Positions 11,645 to 20,000 of a stretch of DNA of 20,000 nt are shown here, piece after piece. The translations under genes were made by a program, and so were the position numbers. The notes beneath the pieces are model-generated. The model was not told where the DNA came from, searched no databases, and worked only from the letters and a program-made list of their open reading frames with translations. The first letter of the stretch is position 1. Each line of letters opens with the position of its first letter. This DNA is from Lama guanicoe (lineage: Eukaryota), in the NCBI GenBank assembly GCA_013239625.1, contig MU053520.1, positions 1,377,995 to 1,397,994 of the forward strand, written 5' to 3'.

Positions 11645-14225
11645 AAGAAAGAAAGAAAAAGACAAATGAACTTATGAACTTTCTTACAAAACAGAAACAG
11701 ATTCACAGACATAGAAAACAAATTATGGTTACCAGTAGGGGAAGGGGGTGGGAAGTAAAAGTTGGGAGTTCAAGATTTGCAGGTACTAATATATATAAAA
11801 TAGATAAACAAAAATTCTACACTGGATAGCACAGGGAACCATATTCAATACCTTGTAACCTATGGTGAAGACGAATATGAGAACAAATGTATGTATGTTC
11901 CCATGTGACTGAAGTATTGTGCTGCCCACCAGAAATTTACACAACATTGTAAACTGACTGTACTTCAATAAAAATATTTTTTAACAAAAGAAAAATACAT
12001 CCAAACATAACATTAAAATAGTTACCAAATCACAAGAGAAGGGAACAAAGATGAAAAGAGAAAAAAGAGACCTACAATAGCAAATCCAATACAATTAATA
12101 AAATAGCAATATAACATAAATTTTCATAATTACCTTAAAGGTAAATGGACCAAATGTTCCAACCAAAAGGCACAGACTGGCTGAATGGATGAAAAGTACA
12201 AGACCTGTATATTTGCTGCTTATAAGAGACTCATTTCTTATTGAGAAACACATACAGACTGAAAGTGAGGGAATGGGAAAATGCAAATGGAAAATAAAAG
12301 AAAGCTGAAGTAGCAATTCTTATATCAGACAAAATAGACATTGAAAAAAGGCTGTTACAAGAGACAAAGAAGCATACTACATAATGATCAAGAGAACAAT
12401 CTAAGAAGAAGATGTAACAATTGTAATTATATATGCACCCAACATAAGAGTACCTCAATATATAAGATAAATGTTAACAGACATAAAAAGAGAAATTGAC
12501 AGTAACACAAAAATAGTGGGGGACTTAACAACTCCACTTACATCAATGGACAGATCATACAGGCAGAAAATTAAAAAGGAAATACAGGTCTTAAATGACA
12601 CATTAGACCAGATCAACTTAATTAATATTGGTAGAGCACTTCATCTGAAAGCAGCAGAATACACATTCTTTTCAAGTACACATGGAACATTTTCCGGGAT
12701 AGATCACATTTTGGCCCACAAAACAAGCCTTAGTAAATTTAAGGAAATTGAAATCATATCAAGCATCTTTTCCAATCATAGTGCTCTGATATTAGAAATC
12801 AACTACAAGAGAAAAAACTGGGGGGAAAAAAAAACACAGAAATGTGTGGAGGCTAAACAATATGCTACCAAACAACAAATGGATCACTAAAGAAATCAAA
12901 AAAGAAATAAAAAATTACCCAGAGACAAGTCAGAATGAAAGCATGACAATCCAAAACCTATGGCACACAGCAAAAGTAGTTCTAAAAGGGAAATTTATAG
13001 TGATACAAGCTCACCTCAGAAACAAGGAAATTCTCAAATAAACAACATAACCTTACACCTAAAGCAACTAGAGAAAGAACAATTGGAACCCAAACTTAGT
13101 AGAAGGAAAGAAACTATAAAGATCAAAGCAGAAATAGACGAAATGGAGATTAAAAAACAATAGAAAAGATCAATGAAACTAAAAGCTGGCTCACTGAAAA
13201 GATAAACAAAATTGATAAACCTTTAAACACACTCATAAAGAAAGAACAAGAGCACCCAAATCAAATGAGCTCATCAATGAACTCAGTAAAGTTGCAGGAT
13301 ATAAAATTGTCATCTAGAAACCTGTTACATTTTTATATACTAACAAAGAAATATCAGAAAGAGAAATTAAGAAAATGATCCCATTTATCACTGCATCAAA
13401 AAGAATAAAATACCCAGGAATAAAGCTACCTAAGGAGGCAAAAGACACGTACTCAGAAAAGTATAAGACAATGATGAAGGAAATTGAAGACAACACAAAC
13501 AGATGGAAAGATATACTGTGTTCCTGGATTAAAAAATTAATGTTGTTAAAATAGCCATACTATCAAAGGCAGTACACAGATTCAAAGCAATCTCTATCCA
13601 ATTACCAATGGCATTATTCATAGAAATGGAACACAAGATTTTTAAATTTGTATGGAAACACAAAAGACCCTGGGTAGACAAAAGAATTTTGAGAGAGAAA
13701 AATGGAGCTGGAGGAATCACACTGACTTCAGACTATACTACAAAGCTACAGTAATCAAAACAGTATGGCACTAACACAAAAACAGTTAGATAGGTCAATG
13801 AAAGAGGATAGAAAGTCCAGAAATTAACCCACACACATGGGTTCAATTAACCTATGACAAAGGAGGCAAAGAATATACAATGAAGGAGAGACAGTCTCTT
13901 CAATAACTGGTGCCGTGAAAACTGGACAGCTACATGTAAAAGAATGAAATTAGAATACTCTCTAGCACCATATACAACAAAAAACTCAAAATGGATTAAA
14001 GAACTAAATGTGAGACCAGATACAATAAAACTCCTAGAGGAAAACATAGGCAGAACATTCTTTGACATAAATTGCAGCATCATTTTTTTGGCTCAGTCTC
14101 CTAGAATAATGCAAATAAAAGCAAAAGTAAACAAGTGGGACCCAATTAAACTTAAAAGCTTTTGTACAGCAAAGGAAATCATAAATAAAACAAAAAGACA
14201 CCCTACAGAATGGGAGAAAGTATTT

Positions 14226-14277
14226 GACACAACATTGTAAAATGGTTATAAATCAATAAAAAATGTTTAAACAAAAA
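14226..14277 (+). mobile_element. 52-bp extreme 3' tip of an L1 with perfect 19-bp TSD, nested in the host ORF2
   Basis: The insert gacacaacattgtaaaatggttataaatcaataaaaaatgtttaaacaaaaa matches the 3' end at ~4315-4365. The TSD AGAATGGGAGAAAGTATTT lies at 14207-14225 and 14278-14296. Confidence 0.93.
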
Positions 14278-15216
14278 AGAATGGGAGAAAGTATTTACAA
14301 ACAAAGTGACCAACAAAGAATTAGTTTCCAAAATATACAAACAGCTCATACAGCTTAATATTTTTTAAAAAATCAAAAAATAGGCATAAGACATAAATAA
14401 ACACTTCTCCAAAGAAGACATACGGATGGCCAATAGGCATGTGAAAAAAATGCTCAATATTGCTAAATATTAGAGAAATGTAAATCAAAACTACAATGAG
14501 GTATCATCTCACACCAATCAAAATGGCCATCATTATGTTTACAAATAGTAGATGTTGGAGAGGGTGTCAAGAAAAAGGAACCCTTCTACACCATTGGTGA
14601 GAATGTAAATTAGTGCAGCCACTATGAAAGACAGTATGAAGATTCTTTAAAAAACTAAAAATAGGGTTACAGTATGATCCAGCAATCCAACTCTGGTGCA
14701 TATATCCAGAGGAAACTAATTTGAAAAGATATACGTTCCCCAAAGTTCATAGCAACACTATTTACAATAGCCAAGACATGGAGGCAAACTAAATGTCCAT
14801 TGCTAGATGAGTGGATAAAGAAGATGGATAAAAAAGATTATCATACTAAGTGAAGTAAATCAGACAGAAAAAGACAAATATTATATGATATCACTTATAT
14901 GTGGAAACTTTAAAAAAAATACAAATGGACTTATTTACAAACCAGAAATAGACTTACAGACATAGAAAACAAACTACAATTACAAAAGGGAAAAGGGCAG
15001 GGGGTGCTGGTAAAAGGATAAATTAGAAGCTGGGATTATTAACTGGAACATAACCAAGAACCAAATATTAGGTATATGTGCTTATGTATGTATACACACA
15101 CAGATGTGTATTATACACACACACACACAAGATGAGCAACAAGGACCTACTATATAGCACAGGCAGCTGTATTCAATATCTTATAATAATTTATAATGGA
15201 AAAATTCTGAAAAGAA

Positions 15217-15238
15217 TATATATATACACATATATATA

Positions 15239-15269
<31 letters not shown>

Positions 15270-15270
15270 G
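15217..15270. repeat. (TA)n/(TG)n microsatellite within L1 3'UTR
   Basis: Directly visible dinucleotide runs. Confidence 0.9.
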
Positions 15271-16485
15271 GCTGAGTCACTTTATTGGGTGCCTGAAACT
15301 AACACAATATTGTAAATCAACTATACTTCAATTAAAAAAAAAAAGATGTCACTGACCATGGCGGTGGGAAGAGGTTCACAAATCAACTTTCATGAGACAG
15401 TGCGAACCAGCTCCAGCACATCACTATGGAGTCTTCAGAACAAATGGCAATTTATTACATTGTCTGTCAGAAGAATCTGTAACTGCAACTGCCTGCATCA
15501 CTACACACAATCAAACCTAATGTGTGCTGTCAGATGTAGAAAAATGCACAACAAGGACAGACGAATAAACGTCCATCCTTGCTCAGTCCCTCAGCTTATA
15601 CAGTCAGTGCTATAATTTGATCTACATATAAAAAGTTTCTTCCTTCATCTGTGGAAAATAAATGAAGATGACCTTCTTTAGGCTGAAGAAAATAAATTAT
15701 TAACCCTTGGGGCCATAGAAAATAGAGAGTCTCTGTTCAAGCTAAAGAAAATAAATTAAACATAAAAGATGCTATTCCAGGGACAAGATTTATCATTTTT
15801 AAAGCTGTTTGAGGGCTAAACTAATATTGCAAAGTTCCAGAGCATAGCTCTACACTGCTTCCCTGGAAAACTCATTATAAACTAACTACAGCCCTCCTCT
15901 GAATTGCAAAACACCCTAGCAGTAGTCTGGTAGTTTGTCTCTCTGCCTGTTTTTCAAGAAATAAATTGTCTTCTTTCTATATGGAAGACTTTGCCCCTGT
16001 TCTGTTTCCTTCCTAAGTTGCTCTGCATGTAAGCAATAAATTGTCCTATTTTAGCTCAGAGACAACTTGTCAGAGAACATATTCAAAGCCGTCTTTCCAG
16101 CTTCCCAGTCTCCCTTGAAAGTGTTTTGTTGGAGTGTCAGGTGATCCATTCACTTCCTATATGTAGTTTATGATTATTTCAGTGGCTGACTTGTGTCTCA
16201 AAGAGTCTAACTTTAAATTATTATTTAATATGGAAGTATTTCTTACATTAATTATAAGAACAATAAAATAACAAAGTCTGAGAAAATGAATACAGTACCT
16301 GTGAATTTGAAATATAATGCATTTAATTATTATTCCCTATTAAAGATTTCTTCTTTCTTCTCTGTTAAATACCACATAAAATCAATGTAAAAAAATGGAA
16401 GATATTTTTGCCATTTGCTCTTAAACTGAAAAGCATTTACAACTGAATTAAATATTTTGTTTTCTAGTTACTGTTATGAACAGTA

Positions 16486-16760
16486 ATTTAATCCCAAAGA
16501 TGTATTGAGCACCTACAATGTGATGGCAACTGCACTAGTTCCTAGAATAGTCTTTCTTATCTCTGTTTGCACATCAGAATAAATTGGGTAGTATTTTTAA
16601 AGTAGAAGGTGCTTGCTCTCTCAGGGAATCAGATTCAACTTATCTGGAGTGAGACAAAGATGCTGATATATTTAAAATACTCTGTGTTATGCATTCAGGA
16701 TTCTGAACTGCTACACTAGGGATGCAGGAGGGAATAAGATTCAGTTAGTCTCTGCAAGCA
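16486..16760 (-). mobile_element. L2 3'-end remnant, interrupted by a DNA-transposon remnant
   Basis: tattgagcacctacaatgtg...gcactag, resuming as ctagggatgcagg..gaataaga, resembles the recalled L2 3' terminus. Confidence 0.55.
16548..16712. mobile_element. MER5-like hAT/Charlie non-autonomous DNA transposon remnant
   Basis: gcacatcagaat...ttttaaa...cagattcaa...tctggagtg...tttaaaa resembles the recalled MER5A layout, with CTAG-containing sites on both sides. Highly diverged. Confidence 0.5.
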
Positions 16761-17013
16761 CCTGGCCACTTAAAAAGGGAGATGTCTTAGTTCAGTTGCC
16801 ATAAGAAAATACCATAGAAAACATATGTATATGAGGTTGGTTGCACCAGTTTCCAAATATTGAATATCATATTCTAAATACAGATTTCTACCTTTAACAC
16901 CACCTGTAAAATATTATCATGAAAATGTGTGTTATGTTATTATTATCATGAAAACATATGTCTCTATGAAAATATATGTTTAGTAAAGTATCACTTATTG
17001 GAAAGTTCACATT

Positions 17014-17113
17014 ATTATTTTTTAATTTTTTTTAAATGGAGATACTGGGGACTGAACCCAGGACCACATGCATGCTAGGAATGTGCTCTACCACTGAGCT
17101 ATTCCCCTCCTCT
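17014..17113 (-). mobile_element. tRNA-derived SINE (Vic-1-like, camelid) with 13-bp TSD
   Basis: The reverse complement ggaggggaaTAGCTCAGTGGtagagcacattcctagcatgcatgtggtcctgGGTTCAGTCCccagtatctcca carries Pol III A and B boxes and an A-rich tail. The TSD GAAAGTTCACATT lies at 17001-17013 and 17114-17126. Confidence 0.9.
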
Positions 17114-17254
17114 GAAAGTTCACATTGTCAACCAACTTCATTTAACAGGAACGTGACCAAGAACCAAATATTAGACATTTGTGCATATGTATGAACACAC
17201 ACACAGAAACTCACACGTGCTTTCACAAACTGTGCTATATATCCTAAAGTCCGT

Positions 17255-17634
17255 CAACCTTCAAAATGGGTTTATTTGGGAATAGCAAAGAATTGCAATT
17301 CAGGACAATGCCTCCCATGTAATGTGACATATCAAACAATCTTAGTCAGTTTAATATCTCTCTTCTTATAACAAGAGAGAACACGTATTTTGATATACAC
17401 TGGGACTCTTCAGAAAAATCCCAAAGTTCATTCAAGGTCACAAAAATTTCATTTAGAATTTGATTTCGGGGAGTTTCTTCAGAATGTCAAAATATCTGGA
17501 CACTTGACTAAGATCACAGATCATTATGAAACAACACTTAATTATATATTTAACCAGTGACAAAATTTTCAAAGGCAAATATGAAAATTTACATAGGAAC
17601 AAAAAGCTTTATCCCTTTTAATATCAAAAGACTG
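17255..17634. mobile_element. ERV1 (MER4-group-like) derived sequence, left part
   Basis: ttcatttagaatttgatttcggggagttt...gacacttgactaagatcacag resembles recalled MER4-group internal sequence. It appears to continue after 19843. Family assignment is from memory only. Confidence 0.5.
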
Positions 17635-19840
17635 TTTTTTTTTCTTTTCCTGACATATATGACCTTTATTTTTATTCTTTTTTTGTATATATATATTTTT
17701 ATTAAAGTATAGTCCACTAACAATGTTGTGTCAATTTCTGATGTACAGCATAATAATTCAGTCATATATGAATATACATATATCATTTTCATATTCTTTT
17801 TCACCATAAGATACTACAAGATATTGAATATAATTCCCAAAGCTATACAGTATGAACTTGTTTATCTATTATATATATGTACATATATATATATTAGTTA
17901 GTATTGCCAATGTTGAACTCCCAATTTATCCTTTCCCGCCTCCTTCCATGACCTGGTAACCATAAGTTTGTTTTCTATGTCTGTGAGTCTGTTTCTGTTT
18001 GGTAAATAAATTGATCTGTCCCGTTTTAAGATTCCAAATATAAGTGATATCATATGGTATTTTTCTTTCTCTTTCTGGCTTACTTCACTTAGAATGACAA
18101 TCTCCAGGTCCATCCATGTTGCTACAAATGGCATTATTTTATTATTATTTGTGGTTGAGTAATATTCCCTTGTATAAATATATTACAGCTTCTTTATCCA
18201 GTCATCTGTCAGTGGACACTTAGGTTGTTTCCATGTCTTGACTACATAAATGGCGCTGCTATGAACATTAGGGTGGATTTAGAAGTATCAGTTATCTATT
18301 GTGGTCTTGAAGGGCTCTTTGTGTTTTGTTTTTATTTAAAGTGGGAGTGTTCCTGTGTAGGCTGTGTGTGTATAATAGTTTTGCTGTGAGGGCTGTTCTT
18401 AGTCTGAGTGGTTGCCCTATCTTTCTTTCATGTGAGTTGGCTGTTATCCCTTTGATTGGGGGTGTAGTTGGTGTTGTGGTGATCAGAGCCTACCCTGATT
18501 CTTGTTGTTAAGCAGGGCCTCCTTTTTGTTCTGTGGTTGACACAGCCTTGATAGGGGCTGTGTCTGTTCCCCTGTTGCTAGAATGGGACTTCTAGACCTG
18601 TTTCTATGCTGTGGTGTGTGGTAGGCAGGGTTGGAGTGCTTCAGGTAGAAAGAAGAGTAGGCAGGAGATGTTCACTTGGAAGTGCCCTCTGTGGGGTTGT
18701 CTGTCACTTGTTATGTGGGTTTACAAAGTCCTTTTTGTTGACACTGCCTTTGTCCCTGCCTTAGCTGTGGGAATGTCGGCCACCTGTTCTGGTGTCTTCC
18801 AGGTTCTGAGCCCCAGGAACCACCAGTGCAGATCAGCAAATGCCACATGCTAGGCCTGGCTGTAGCGAGCATGCAGTCAGACACCTGATTTAGTGGTACA
18901 CCACAGGGTCGGTGTAAACCCCAGCCCCACCTCTGCATACCATGTTATGCCAGCCTGCTGTAAATACCTGTACTCACCCGAGGTGCTCCAGAATTCAGCT
19001 CACTGCCTGTCAGTTCCAGATGTGTGGGTCCAGCAAATCCACCCTCTCTGCCTGGGGCTGTAAAAAAAAATCTCAGTCCTGTTTGTGAAGTTCCAGGGCC
19101 CTTGGGTATGAATTCAGCTTTCAGCCCTGCCTCTGTGCAGCAGTGATTGCTATGACTGAGCCCCACCTTTCTTCTCACTAGGACACACCAGCGATGGAGA
19201 CAAGCAGTGAAAGTGTCTACGGTGCAGCTGTATTGCACCCCTCCCCACCACACACACCAACATTGGTGCTTTTTTTGTGGGGGTCTCAGGTTGTTCTTTT
19301 CCACACATAATACCCAGCCAGAGCTCACGCCACCCTCCAGTCGCCTGAGGCCACCTCTGTGCAGTGAGATCCTGCCCTCTGCCTGGGATCCTCACCAATC
19401 TCCAGCAGCCAGTCCTAGTTTGTCCCTGCCAACTCATACCTACGGCTGGGGATTGCAGGGACCCTCCATGCCAGTTTCCCTTAGTTCTGTCTGCCAAACG
19501 GATACTACATTCTTCTCCAAGCCACAGAATCTCCACTTCTGTACTGCTGAACTCCCAGCTGGAGAAAGGGGAGTCCCAGCATGAGGGTTCCTTTCTTCCT
19601 ATGCCGCTCCTTCCCAGCAGGACCAGTCCTGCACTGATTTTTTTCTTTCTTTTTTTTCTTTTTCTTTTTCTTTCTTGCCAAATTTTGCAAGAATCCTCCT
19701 TTTTTCAATGCAAAAGATGCTCTGCCAGAGTTCAGGAGGTGTTCTGTGTGATTTAATGGGTTTGTAAATGTAATTCTTGGTGTATTTGTGGGAGAGGGTG
19801 AACTATGAGTCTCTCCACTCCACCATCTTGGCCTGTCCTG
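17635..19840 (-). mobile_element. Internally deleted LINE-1: full 5'UTR fused to ORF2 tail + 3'UTR + poly-A (~2.2 kb)
   Basis: 19840->18274 is colinear with the 5'UTR at 5009-6587, and 18275->17700 is colinear with ~11397-11975. A YY1-like site lies at 19822-19831 and the poly-T tail at 17635-17700. Confidence 0.9.
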
Positions 19841-19843
19841 AAA

Positions 19844-20000
19844 AAAAGGCTCAGTTTTCAGAGTAATCAAAGACTCGATAAAGACAAAATACAGAATCAT
19901 TGTTTTTTCAAACTGATTTACAGTAAAGGCAAAGAAATTTGTCTTTGAGACAGAGAGAAACCAACTAATTTTGTACCCATGTACTCTTGATATTAATTTT
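19844..20000. mobile_element. ERV1-like internal sequence, right part (runs off window)
   Basis: ctcagttttcagagtaatcaaagactcgataaagaca continues the recalled MER4-group internal sequence from where it stops at ~17634. Confidence 0.45.

Larger units (their letters stand above)
5009..11985 (+). mobile_element. Near full-length decayed LINE-1 (5'UTR, ORF1, spacer, ORF2, 3'UTR) nested in an older L1
   Basis: It starts gaggaggagatgCCAAGATGG, followed by a ~1.6-kb GC-richer 5'UTR and colinear ORF1 and ORF2 remnants. AATAAA at 11967-11972 is followed by a degenerate tail. Confidence 0.95.
11986..15344 (+). mobile_element. Older host LINE-1, right part (spacer end, ORF2 remnant lacking the RT core, 3'UTR, poly-A)
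   Basis: The spacer resumes at ~11986 and the ORF2 start appears mutated (ATA at 12103). Endonuclease motifs appear in ORF 12471..12890 (IVGDLTTPL, HGTFSGIDHIL). The 3' end tgtaaatcaactatacttcaatt plus A-run finishes at 15344. Confidence 0.9.

Noticed and set aside
6838..14083. Many hydrophobic F/L/I-rich minus-strand ORFs
   Set aside because: They are antisense translations of A-rich L1 sequence, a well-known artefact.
16783..16820. MaLR-LTR-like start tgtcttagttcagttgccataagaaaataccataga
   Set aside because: Only ~38 bp of resemblance, too short to call without a profile search.
17036..17110. tRNA-like sequence as a real tRNA gene
   Set aside because: It has a poly-A tail and TSD and lacks a clean acceptor stem, so it is a SINE.
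1..20000. CRISPR array, retron or other prokaryotic RT-linked system
   Set aside because: There are no regularly spaced repeats or operon-like ORFs. All RT homology is mammalian L1 ORF2.

Overview
AT-rich mammalian non-coding DNA, probably from a camelid (inferred from a Vic-1-like tRNA-derived SINE). About three quarters of the window is decayed LINE-1 (L1). No intact host gene or intact L1 ORF is present; nearly all ORF-track hits are broken L1 ORF1/ORF2 pieces or antisense noise. From left to right it holds: an L1 3' end (1-672); MIR remnants; a 5'-truncated L1 with a perfect 17-bp target-site duplication (TSD) (3481-4374); an older L1 (~4431-15344) split by a near full-length L1 (~5009-11985) and by a 52-bp L1 3' tip with a 19-bp TSD; L2/MER5-like remnants; a SINE with a 13-bp TSD; and a ~2.2-kb minus-strand L1 inside ERV1-like sequence. 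The minus-strand L1 is the most unusual item: its complete 5'UTR is fused directly to the ORF2 tail and 3'UTR, and it carries a possible short 3' transduction. A 66-bp copy of nearby flanking DNA inside an L1 3'UTR is also notable. I see no support for a new protein-coding system. Repeat family names come from recalled consensus similarity, not a database search.
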